This document shows, piece by piece, positions 35,404 through 42,902 of a DNA stretch of 42,902 bases. Each line of letters begins with the position of its first letter. Position 1 is the stretch's first letter. The position numbers and the translations under genes are program-made. The DNA is from a virus (taxonomy: Duplodnaviria > Caudoviricetes): positions 1-42,902 of IMG/VR virus record IMGVR_UViG_3300012952_000034; one strand, given 5' to 3'. Under the pieces are notes generated by a model. That model was not told the DNA's origin, did not search any database, and was given only the letters and a program-made list of their open reading frames with translations.

Positions 35404-35998
35404 GGGAAGCAGGAAGATCCTGACCATCGGGATCGATCCAGCATCAGAGGGCGCAGCTACCATCCTGCTAAACGGGGAGGTAGTCTGCGCTCTCGCTTGG
35501 AGAAAGAGGACCAGACAGAAGAAACGGGTCTATGAAATCACCGAAGCTCGGCAGGGATACGATCCCTTTTCGTTCATTGTCAAAAGCGGAGGAGAGATCG
35601 GCGCGTCTATCTTCAACCTACCAGAGGTCCAGAGAGCGGTCGAGGATGGCTATGAGATAGACCTTGTCGTCGAGGACACCTATGTAGGGCGGAACATGAG
35701 GACGGCGCTCATAGTCGCGAGATTTGGCGGTCTTGTCGCGGGTACTGTTGAAGCTGGGATCGGAAAGCCTGCTAATTGGATCCGAGCAGCGTCATGGAGG
35801 AACAGCCTGCTCAAGATCAGCCATTTTGCGAACAGGGAAAAAGCAAAAAAATCAAGTTTATCCTTGATCCCTAACTTATTATGTGGTATGAGTGTATTGA
35901 TAGACAAGCTCGGAGCGATTGACCATCTAACCGACTCGGCAGGGGTAGCACTCTGGCACTATCGAACTAACCACACAGACGGAGAACCAAAGACATGA
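35351..35998 (+). CDS. RuvC-like Holliday junction resolvase (start uncertain)
   Basis: TIGIDPA...LVVED...AASWR...DHLTDSAGVAL. The nearest in-frame ATG is 35351; the true start may be nearer 35420. Confidence 0.75.
   Translation: MNREDGTIQQAPKTSHSKGSRKILTIGIDPASEGAATILLNGEVVCALAWRKRTRQKKRVYEITEARQGYDPFSFIVKSGGEIGASIFNLPEVQRAVEDGYEIDLVVEDTYVGRNMRTALIVARFGGLVAGTVEAGIGKPANWIRAASWRNSLLKISHFANREKAKKSSLSLIPNLLCGMSVLIDKLGAIDHLTDSAGVALWHYRTNHTDGEPKT
35864..35892 (+). promoter_or_regulatory. Internal regulon promoter/operator upstream of the replication genes
   Basis: TTGATC-17-TATGAG containing TAACTTA-TTA-TGTGGTA (35872-35888), in an AT-rich patch inside the resolvase gene. Confidence 0.6.
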
Positions 35999-36408
35999 CC
36001 AGTCCGAGAGAGCAGGAGATCAGAATGATCTTCTCGCGATACGTCGCCATCAGGCGAGACCTTCAGAAGAGCAAGCCTAAGCTCTCCAAAAAAGGCAGAG
36101 CAATGATCGAGAAAGCTCTTGATCGTCTGGGCTATGAGAGCCTTGATCTGATCTTTCTCTACTTCGCAGAAGCTCGCGACGATTACACCCGATTCATGCG
36201 GGGAGACAATGACTTATCAAAGGACTATGTAAAGCTTGACAGCCTCCTAAGACCCACTAAGCTCGATGAGAAGCTTGTGAGGGCTAAGAGATGGAGAAGC
36301 AGGGGCTCAAGAAGCACAGAAGAGCATATCCGAGAGGCTATCGCGCCAAAGCCAAAAGAAGACCCAGACCTCTTTCTTCCCCTTCAATTTGTCGGAGGTG
36401 ATGAATGA
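35995..36408 (+). CDS. Hypothetical replication-associated protein (possible initiator/loader-like domain)
   Basis: 137 aa, ACGGAGA RBS, coupled to the primase-helicase gene; FMRGDND...LDSLLRPTKLDE. Confidence 0.6.
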   Translation: MTSPREQEIRMIFSRYVAIRRDLQKSKPKLSKKGRAMIEKALDRLGYESLDLIFLYFAEARDDYTRFMRGDNDLSKDYVKLDSLLRPTKLDEKLVRAKRWRSRGSRSTEEHIREAIAPKPKEDPDLFLPLQFVGGDE

Positions 36409-38327
36409 AGTGGTACGAAATGATCAACGAGGCAGGCATCGAGGAGATCGCTGATAAAACGGGCATGAAGCCAAAGCCTAAGAACACTTTTCAATGCCCA
36501 TCATGTGGAGCTATGACCAGAGGAAGCAGCGACGGTCGAGGACCAGTCGGAGCGACAGCGAACCGAAAAGGCTGGCTCTGTCACCGATGCGGAGCCACTG
36601 GATCTCTTCTGGACTTCGTCAGCTACCATCTCACAGGCTCAAAGTATAAGGAGCTTGACAGGGACCAGCGGCGCGGAGTCTACGAATGGGCGCAGTCAGC
36701 AGGATACAGCGACGGAGACGCACCACGAAAGCCGAAGCATGAGGTCAAAGACACCCTCGCGGCTCTTGGAAGGAAGAAGCAGTCTCCAAGCGTCAGCGCT
36801 CCAGTGCAAGGATCAGGAGGGGTCTTCGCTTGGGGATCTGATAAACCTCAGCAATACAAAGAGACCCTATGGGACACAGCGGGGGAAAGCGTCAGGGACT
36901 ACCTTATCAGGGAGCGGAAGCTCAGCGAGGAAGTGATCAAAGAAGCGGACCTCGGCGCCATGAGAGCGCAGGGAATGGACTGGATTGTCATTCCGCTCAA
37001 GAATACCTCTGGCGAGATCGTGAACATGAGATTCAGATCCATCCCTCCAGAAGGTCAGAAGAAGAGCTATCGGGTCTGTCCATCTCGACCTATGCCTCTA
37101 TATGGCTCCGACAGGCTCGCCAAGACCTTCGACGACATGGTCATCCTATGCGAGGGAGAGCTTGACGTTCTCGCTATGAAAACGCTCGGCTATGATGCGA
37201 ATGTCGTCTCGACAACGACTGGAGCCTCCAGCTTCGCCGAGGAATGGCTTGATCAGCTTGAGCCCTTCCGATCCTTCTGGCTTTTCTATGACAACGACCA
37301 AGCAGGAAACGATGGAGCCAAAAAGGTAGCCGAGAAGCTCGGAAAATACCGCTGTATGCGCGTCAAGCTTCCAGTCCATAACGATGTGGGGGAAGTCCTA
37401 CAAAGTGGCGCAGATCCGATCCTCGTAGACGAGGCATTCAATAACGCGAAGAGCTACGTCGACAGCGAGCTAAAATCCGTCCTTGACTATGCGGACGAGC
37501 TTGAGAGGCTCATAGCGCAGCCTGACACCATGAGGGGGCGCTCTACTGGGTCGATGCGTCTGGATGCCTGCTGTGGTGGCGTTACGGCTGGTCTATGGGT
37601 CATTACTGGCGACACTGGGCAGGGAAAGACAAGCTGGGCGACATGGATGTGCTGGGAGATGGCTCGGCTCGGAACCCCGATCATGCTTACATCGTTTGAA
37701 CAGTCGCCTATCGGGACAGTCCAGAAGCTCCTGAGAAATCAACTCGGCGGAGACTTCACGAAGTACACTCCAGACGAGAGAAGAGCAGCGATCATCGAAC
37801 TGGATAACCTTCCGATCAGGATACTGGATCACTATGGGAATGCAGACGTTGACACCGTAATCGAATCGGTGAGGTATTCGTCTCGGCGCCATGGAACAAA
37901 GATCGCTCTCATCGATCATCTCCACTTTCTGATCAAGCCATCAGGAGACGAGCGGAACGAGATCGAAACAGTGGTCCGAAAGCTCGCGACTCTCGCGGTC
38001 CAAGATCAGATCACTATCTTCCTCATCTGCCACCCTAACAACATGGCAGCAGCCCAGCAGCGCCGAGTTAAGATCACCGATCTCAAGGGAGCATCTGCAA
38101 TCCGTCAGGATGCCCATGTCGCTGTGGTTGTCGAGCGAGGTGTTCCAAGCCCTAAGCGCGGCTATCCTCATTCCGTCATCTACTTCGACAAGGTGAGGAG
38201 CGAGTTCGGGCAGGCTGGGTCGAAATGCGTCATGGCTTACGATCCTCTTTCCTGCGTCTATGCAGACCGATGGGAGGATACTCCCGCAGGAATGCAGGGA
38301 GTCAAGGTGATATCAGCCCCCGAATAA
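36405..38327 (+). CDS. DNA primase-helicase (T7 gp4/Twinkle-type)
   Basis: Zinc finger CPSC...CHRC; TOPRIM CEGELD and YDNDQAG; SF4 helicase GDTGQGKT, IDHLH, DLKGASAIRQDA, KVR. Confidence 0.93.
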   Translation: MKWYEMINEAGIEEIADKTGMKPKPKNTFQCPSCGAMTRGSSDGRGPVGATANRKGWLCHRCGATGSLLDFVSYHLTGSKYKELDRDQRRGVYEWAQSAGYSDGDAPRKPKHEVKDTLAALGRKKQSPSVSAPVQGSGGVFAWGSDKPQQYKETLWDTAGESVRDYLIRERKLSEEVIKEADLGAMRAQGMDWIVIPLKNTSGEIVNMRFRSIPPEGQKKSYRVCPSRPMPLYGSDRLAKTFDDMVILCEGELDVLAMKTLGYDANVVSTTTGASSFAEEWLDQLEPFRSFWLFYDNDQAGNDGAKKVAEKLGKYRCMRVKLPVHNDVGEVLQSGADPILVDEAFNNAKSYVDSELKSVLDYADELERLIAQPDTMRGRSTGSMRLDACCGGVTAGLWVITGDTGQGKTSWATWMCWEMARLGTPIMLTSFEQSPIGTVQKLLRNQLGGDFTKYTPDERRAAIIELDNLPIRILDHYGNADVDTVIESVRYSSRRHGTKIALIDHLHFLIKPSGDERNEIETVVRKLATLAVQDQITIFLICHPNNMAAAQQRRVKITDLKGASAIRQDAHVAVVVERGVPSPKRGYPHSVIYFDKVRSEFGQAGSKCVMAYDPLSCVYADRWEDTPAGMQGVKVISAPE

Positions 38328-38381
38328 TCGGGGCGCTGCGCCTAAGTTACCAAAAAACTTAATCTTTTTCGATCTTTTCTG

Positions 38382-38410
38382 TTGCGGTCTAACGCATTAT
38401 GCGTAATAAT
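38382..38410 (+). promoter_or_regulatory. Regulon promoter with 17-bp operator-like palindrome
   Basis: TTGCGG-17-AATAAT containing TAACGCA-TTA-TGCGTAA (38390-38406). Confidence 0.7.
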
Positions 38411-38440
38411 ATAAATGTAACCACAAACAACGGAAACAAA

Positions 38441-38752
38441 ATGATCACCCTCGCCGACCTCCTCGCTCCCACCCGCACCGTAGCCGCCCTCGTTCACGAC
38501 ACCTTCTGCAAAGTGGTCGAGGATGACTGCCTTGAGCTTTCCGTTATCGAGATCATCGACCTGCTCGACCTCAACGACAGCACCAAGGTCCGCACCGCTA
38601 TCGCGAACATCCTCATCGAAGACGCTGGCGAGGAGTTTGAGTTCCTGACTGAAGAGGAGCGCAACGAGGTAGAGATGGAGATGGAAGCAGAGCGCCGCAT
38701 GGACGACGACTTCTTCTCGACCATGAGCTTCCTTCGCTCCAGCCACTGCTAA
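38441..38752 (+). CDS. Acidic early-type protein
   Basis: Start at ATG 38441 after AACGGAAA; 103 aa, Asp/Glu-rich. Confidence 0.75.
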   Translation: MITLADLLAPTRTVAALVHDTFCKVVEDDCLELSVIEIIDLLDLNDSTKVRTAIANILIEDAGEEFEFLTEEERNEVEMEMEAERRMDDDFFSTMSFLRSSHC

Positions 38753-38776
38753 CCAATACCAAACGGAGATAAGACC

Positions 38777-39136
38777 ATGACGACATACAAAGCAAACCTC
38801 ACCTATATCGTTTCCGAAGGCTGGGTCGACTACACCATCCCAGAAAGGGACATCCTTGACAGCTACGAACTGACTCAGGACACCGAGATCGCCGAAGCCC
38901 TTGGAGCTACTCCAGAGGAAGCGGTCGAGAACCTTCTCAAGCTCCCAGTAATCGCCGACGGCGGATCTATCGCTGGCGACTGGGTCTGGTCCGACTGGGT
39001 TTTCAGCCTCAGTCTGACGACCGACACAAGGAACCAGATTATGGTCTCCGAGGTTAACGAAGAGTCTTTCGACTTCTGGGAAGATGACACCAAAAAGGTC
39101 GACAATATCCTCAACCTTCTCGCAGGCGCGGCATAA
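38777..39136 (+). CDS. Acidic early-type protein
   Basis: 119 aa, AACGGAGA RBS. Confidence 0.75.
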   Translation: MTTYKANLTYIVSEGWVDYTIPERDILDSYELTQDTEIAEALGATPEEAVENLLKLPVIADGGSIAGDWVWSDWVFSLSLTTDTRNQIMVSEVNEESFDFWEDDTKKVDNILNLLAGAA

Positions 39137-39183
39137 AAAACCGCAGCCTTGCGAGGCAATTCAAAAAAAGATTATCTTTTCTG

Positions 39184-39211
39184 TCGACAGTAACTCACTA
39201 TGAGTTATTAT
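39184..39211 (+). promoter_or_regulatory. Regulon promoter with a perfect 17-bp palindrome
   Basis: TCGACA-16-TATTAT containing TAACTCA-CTA-TGAGTTA (39191-39207). Confidence 0.8.
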
Positions 39212-39239
39212 ATAGATGTAACCACAACGGAGAGAGAAA

Positions 39240-39428
39240 ATGACTGTAGTACTTATCAACATCGAAAACGCCTTCCAACAAGTCCGATTCAACTGGGACG
39301 ACAAAGGCGAAGGCTGTGACTTCGTCGCCATCGACATCGAAGACGAAATCATCGACGCTATGATCGCAGCGAAAGCCCACGAAGGCGCAGACTTCGACGG
39401 CTGGACCACCGACCTGATCTGGGAGTAG
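39240..39428 (+). CDS. Very acidic 62-aa protein
   Basis: AACGGAGA RBS; 15 Asp/Glu versus 3 Lys/Arg. Confidence 0.75.
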   Translation: MTVVLINIENAFQQVRFNWDDKGEGCDFVAIDIEDEIIDAMIAAKAHEGADFDGWTTDLIWE

Positions 39429-39431
39429 GAC

Positions 39432-39641
39432 ATGTTCATCGAACAAGCTATTCAAAACAAAGAGGATTTTATCAGGCACTGGGTGGAAGAAATGAACACT
39501 AACACGAAACTTCTTCGGGACGCGCCTACCAGCATGAGGCTCATCAGAAGGATGAAAAATATCGCTAAAACACTGGAAGAGGAAGTCGAGAAGCTGAACA
39601 AGCTCTACAGAATGAGAGACGCGGGAGAAGAATATGTCTAA
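39432..39641 (+). CDS. Hypothetical helical protein
   Basis: 69 aa in a tightly packed operon. Confidence 0.65.
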   Translation: MFIEQAIQNKEDFIRHWVEEMNTNTKLLRDAPTSMRLIRRMKNIAKTLEEEVEKLNKLYRMRDAGEEYV

Positions 39642-39855
39642 TCCATTCAAGGAAGAATCCAAGGACCAGAAGATCGAGCGGGTCAGGAACGACATCAAAG
39701 GCTATCGCGAGAAGCTGGAGAAGATCGACAACCTTCTAAACGGTCCCCTCTATGACTCGCAGATCAAGGAGCTTCAAGAGCGCCGCAAGATCTGGAGCGG
39801 AGCGCTCGACAGGGCGCGAGGATTCCTTCACAAGCTCATAGGAGAGCAGTCATGA
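39634..39855 (+). CDS. Hypothetical coiled-coil protein
   Basis: 73 aa, GGAG RBS, overlaps its neighbours. Confidence 0.65.
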   Translation: MSNPFKEESKDQKIERVRNDIKGYREKLEKIDNLLNGPLYDSQIKELQERRKIWSGALDRARGFLHKLIGEQS

Positions 39856-40181
39856 CCATCTATGACCACAAGAGCCTAACGAGCCTCATGGAGGCTATAG
39901 AGCGGCAGCAAGAGACCATCTCTGAGACCGTCAGACTGCTGAACCAGAACGACACCGTCGCAACCATGGAGACGACTCTCTCCCCTCAAGACTTGCAGCA
40001 CTTCAAAGACATGGCTCACTCCCTTGAAAGGGCGAAGATGTCCGTCACGAATCTCCAGTACTGGATATCGGAGGCGTGGATGTATAACAAGCTTGCAACT
40101 CCTCCGACATTCGACGACGTTCTCAAGCTCGCAATCGGGACCACCAAAGCCTTTCCGAAAAAAGTCGAAAAAATATCTTGA
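39852..40181 (+). CDS. Hypothetical protein
   Basis: 109 aa, AGGAG RBS, ATGA overlap. Confidence 0.65.
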   Translation: MTIYDHKSLTSLMEAIERQQETISETVRLLNQNDTVATMETTLSPQDLQHFKDMAHSLERAKMSVTNLQYWISEAWMYNKLATPPTFDDVLKLAIGTTKAFPKKVEKIS

Positions 40182-40205
40182 CGCTATCTTACTATGAGTT
40201 ATAAT
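40178..40205 (+). promoter_or_regulatory. Regulon promoter with 17-bp operator-like palindrome
   Basis: TTGACG-16-TATAAT containing TATCTTA-CTA-TGAGTTA (40185-40201). Confidence 0.8.
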
Positions 40206-40236
40206 AGAGACATAACCACAAAGAAACGGAGAAAAA

Positions 40237-40449
40237 ATGAAAACCGCATTCCCAATCACCCGCGACGGAAAAACAATCGGAGTCGCAACATTCAACAAGT
40301 CCGAGAAATGGATCGAGGTCTTCTTCCGACCAGATAGCGGACTCTCGTCCGAGAGCATGGATTTCACTGGAAACGTCACCCAGATGAGGAAGTTCATCAA
40401 GGACGTAGCTCCTCGCTCCAAGGTGACCCGAGGATGGGTCGAAAGATAA
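40237..40449 (+). CDS. Small hypothetical early-type protein
   Basis: 70 aa, AACGGAGA RBS. Confidence 0.75.
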   Translation: MKTAFPITRDGKTIGVATFNKSEKWIEVFFRPDSGLSSESMDFTGNVTQMRKFIKDVAPRSKVTRGWVER

Positions 40450-40542
40450 AAGTTTTGGTCAGGGACGGTTTATCGCTTGTCCGTCCTCTCCGTTGGTTTA
40501 CACAATCAAAGCGACAGCGGGGTGAGAAGCCCCGCCTATTTT
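40450..40542 (+). ncRNA. Candidate small RNA 2 or structured 3' UTR (anti-leader seed plus terminator)
   Basis: Hairpin AGGGACGG...CCGTCCT, then CTCTCCGTTGGTTTACAC (40486-40503) antisense to the leader/RBS, then GCGGGG-N7-CCCCGC-CTATTTT. Confidence 0.45.
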
Positions 40543-40555
40543 CACAGAGGAACAA

Positions 40556-41116
40556 ATGGAAATCAAGACCACCAGAAAATTCAGACCAGCAGACGAAGAC
40601 CTCCTCGGTCCAATGAGGAGAGCAGTCGCCGACCTGCTCGATCACCCAAAAGCGCTACAGGAAGACTATGCGCTCGCGGCTTGGCATAACTACGCAGACC
40701 AGACAAAGGGCGGAGACTACAAGGGATTTAACGCTGAGATGTGGCAGTTCTCAAAGAACCGAGCGATCACCATGCTCTCAGATAACAATGGACTGACATG
40801 GACCGAGATCCTCATCATCTCAAAGCTCATCTATCAGGCGCTGATTGGAATCAAGATAGCAGTCGGAACACCCGTATCCATACGCATCCCAGATCTCCGA
40901 AAGCATTCCGAGAAGATTCAAATCCATTGGATCGACTTCGTTCTCGCAGTTATGGTCGAGACAGGGAATGCAGTCAATATCCTTCCCGAGGTACTCGATG
41001 GAGCGAACGAGGCTGCATCCACACCGTATCAAAACGAGCTAATCAGGCTCATGCACTTCGTTTTCCAAAACACAATCAAGAGGGAGGAAGAAAATGCAGA
41101 AATGGATCATCCTTAG
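40556..41116 (+). CDS. Hypothetical protein
   Basis: 186 aa, GAGG RBS. Confidence 0.65.
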   Translation: MEIKTTRKFRPADEDLLGPMRRAVADLLDHPKALQEDYALAAWHNYADQTKGGDYKGFNAEMWQFSKNRAITMLSDNNGLTWTEILIISKLIYQALIGIKIAVGTPVSIRIPDLRKHSEKIQIHWIDFVLAVMVETGNAVNILPEVLDGANEAASTPYQNELIRLMHFVFQNTIKREEENAEMDHP

Positions 41117-41378
41117 AGACATGAAGTTCGCGGCGCAGGAGGAAGGCAGGGAATACCAGTACGACATCCTAACGGCTGGGACCGTAGTCACGCAGATCGC
41201 GGACAACTCTCTCGATCATGGCGACAGGATGCAACTCCGAAAAGCGAGACAAAGGGCTAACGGGAAACGGGTTATCTTCTGCGAGTGGCGAGGGATATGG
41301 AGATACTGCACCGTCGGCGTAGATATCAAACCAGTCTCAAGAAACACCAACATTCCAAAACCGAGGCGACCACTATGA
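41094..41378 (+). CDS. Hypothetical protein
   Basis: 94 aa, GGAGG RBS. Confidence 0.65.
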   Translation: MQKWIILRDMKFAAQEEGREYQYDILTAGTVVTQIADNSLDHGDRMQLRKARQRANGKRVIFCEWRGIWRYCTVGVDIKPVSRNTNIPKPRRPL

Positions 41379-41632
41379 AAAAAGCTGAGGTCATCAAGCT
41401 CCCGCTCCTGTCCATACAGGAAGCAATTGGCTCTCCAAGGGTCTCCGCACTGCTGGAGCAGGGATACTCCATCTCTGCTGTGATACCAGTCGACGACGAC
41501 GGAAATCCCACCCTGTTCCTAATCATGCAACCAGACCGAAACCCATTCTCTAAAGCCTTCGTTCTCGGCGCCGTAACCGCTCCCGCGCTAATCGTGGTAG
41601 CCTCCATCCTTCTCGGCTTCTTTCAGCAATGA
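41375..41632 (+). CDS. Hypothetical protein with a C-terminal transmembrane segment
   Basis: ATG 41375 with ATGA overlap and GAGG RBS; hydrophobic C-terminus. Confidence 0.6.
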   Translation: MKKAEVIKLPLLSIQEAIGSPRVSALLEQGYSISAVIPVDDDGNPTLFLIMQPDRNPFSKAFVLGAVTAPALIVVASILLGFFQQ

Positions 41633-41771
41633 ACGGATCCAACCCGCGAAAACACACAGAAGAACAACGGTCAAAAGGAAACTCGCATAATAGGACAACG
41701 CGCCAGCCTCGGCGCTGTGGCACTCGGTACGCAATCCCCGAAGACTGCTCAACGGATACGACGGACAAGGC

Positions 41772-41960
41772 TCAATCCCTGCCAGCATATCCATCCGATG
41801 CCCACCCGTTACCCTTCAACGCGAAAGAGGTCCGAGAAACCTGCTTCCGCGCTACCTTCCCGCACTTCCCGCACTTCTGAGGCTTGTCGCTCTCCTTGTA
41901 CGATAGAAGGCGCTCAAAGCGCTCCTTGCATGGTCTACATTCATACTCATACATTGGCAT
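41772..41960 (-). CDS. FmdB-family zinc-ribbon putative regulatory protein
   Basis: MPMYEYECRPC...FE...CGKCG...VS...FALKGNGWASDGY. Confidence 0.85.
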   Translation of the reverse strand: MPMYEYECRPCKERFERLLSYKESDKPQKCGKCGKVARKQVSRTSFALKGNGWASDGYAGRD

Positions 41961-41980
41961 CATCTCCCCCTTATAAGAAC

Positions 41981-42085
41981 CCAATAACAGAAAAACACCC
42001 ACAAAACACCCACACCACAAGAAACACACACGACCAAACGCACACACACGCACGATAATTATGCCCCCTAAATCGACGATAATTA
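41981..42085. repeat. A/C-rich low-complexity tract with short direct repeats
   Basis: AAAACACCCAC x2 (41992-42013), (CA)n, and ACGATAATTA x2 (42052, 42076). Confidence 0.7.
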
Positions 42086-42210
42086 ACCTTTACACTCCGA
42101 AAAGGCTATCAAAGCGAGGTATATGAAGGGCATTTTTTAATGTGGGGGTGTTGCAATTTGTGTTAAGGTGAGGTCGAGGATAGCTGTTTAAAGAGGCGAG
42201 GAGGGCGATT

Positions 42211-42902
42211 ATGGGCAGTTCTAAGGATAACGAAGGGCATCCACTGGCAAAGATGAAAGGCGAGCGTGAGACGGCTCACAGAGCCTTTTTGTTATGGGCG
42301 ATGCAGAACCCTAAAAAGCGGAATCAAAGAGCGACGGCGCGAGCGGTTGATCGATCCCCGTCAGTCGTCCGCGACTATAAAGAGCGATGGAACTGGGACG
42401 AGAGGGCGAAGGAGATAACATCGGACCAGCAGGCTCAGGCACTCTATCGCGAATTGTACTTCGACAAGATGGGATCCAAAGAGATCGCGATGATTGAGAA
42501 GAACATCCTCTCTCCGATCTCGGTGGTTGGAACTGTCCCCGCAGGAGTGGCGGCAGGAGTCGCGCAAGTGATGGAAGAGACGCAGAAGCCGAAGGGGGAA
42601 ACGGTTTTCTCTCAGGAAGTAAAGCGGCGCCATATTGAATTGGTCGACTATGCGATAAGCTACATCCAGCAGCAGCTAAACGATGGAGATATCAAGTCGA
42701 CGCTAAAGGATATCCCGACTCTTTTGAATCTGAGAAGGGAATTAACTGGCGAGGTTGATCCCGCGAAAGAAGGGACGCTCGTTATCGAAAGCGTGAGAGT
42801 AGCAGCAGCAAAGAAGGCAGGGACGGATCTCGTCGCGGCTATGCTGGAGGACTCGCGTGAATTAACCGCAATACTGGAGAGCCTGTCCTATAGGGGCAAG
42901 GC
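42211..42902 (+). CDS. Probable terminase small subunit (runs off the window)
   Basis: GAGGAGG RBS and an open frame to the edge. N-terminal GERETAHRAF...RNQRATARAVDRSPSVVRDYKERWNWDERA HTH pattern. Position after the early region fits. Confidence 0.6.
   Translation, partial: MGSSKDNEGHPLAKMKGERETAHRAFLLWAMQNPKKRNQRATARAVDRSPSVVRDYKERWNWDERAKEITSDQQAQALYRELYFDKMGSKEIAMIEKNILSPISVVGTVPAGVAAGVAQVMEETQKPKGETVFSQEVKRRHIELVDYAISYIQQQLNDGDIKSTLKDIPTLLNLRRELTGEVDPAKEGTLVIESVRVAAAKKAGTDLVAAMLEDSRELTAILESLSYRGK

Noticed and set aside
39634-39855. Faint resemblance to CsoR/RcnR helical repressors (candidate binder of the 64-bp element)
   Set aside because: It lacks the RL.RI.GQ signature and the Cys/His ligands. 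The similarity is generic coiled coil.
1-42902. Integrase, DNA polymerase, capsid/portal genes, tRNAs or alternative genetic code
   Set aside because: None was recognised in this window. Long genes read through with the standard code and use all three stop codons.

Overview
This window is about 43 kb of a tailed dsDNA phage genome. It is siphovirus-like, with a tail tube, a frameshifted tail chaperone pair, a 2004-aa tape measure protein and no sheath. The head and packaging genes lie mostly outside the window; only a probable small terminase begins at the right edge. Left to right: a very large multi-domain glycosyltransferase, the neck/tail module, tail tip and fibre proteins, MazG, a methyltransferase-like gene, scattered lysis genes, an HTH regulator operon, a recombination/replication module (Cas4/RecB-like exonuclease, Sak4-like ATPase, SSB, RuvC-like resolvase, T7 gp4-type primase-helicase), and many small early-type genes. 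The most notable signals are non-coding. (1) Twelve clear and two degenerate sigma70-type promoters each carry a 17-bp lambda-operator-like palindrome (TAAC[G/T]CA-N3-TG[T/A/C]GTTA) between -35 and -10, and most share an A/C-rich leader with an AACGGAGA RBS. They drive small-gene cassettes, several of them inserted antisense inside the structural operon. (2) Two intergenic, terminator-ended segments carry the reverse complement of that leader and are candidate small RNAs that could silence the whole regulon. (3) Two 64-bp imperfect palindromes with compensatory changes, in inverted orientation, bracket the 27.5-kb structural block. All calls come from reading motifs by eye; no database searches were run.
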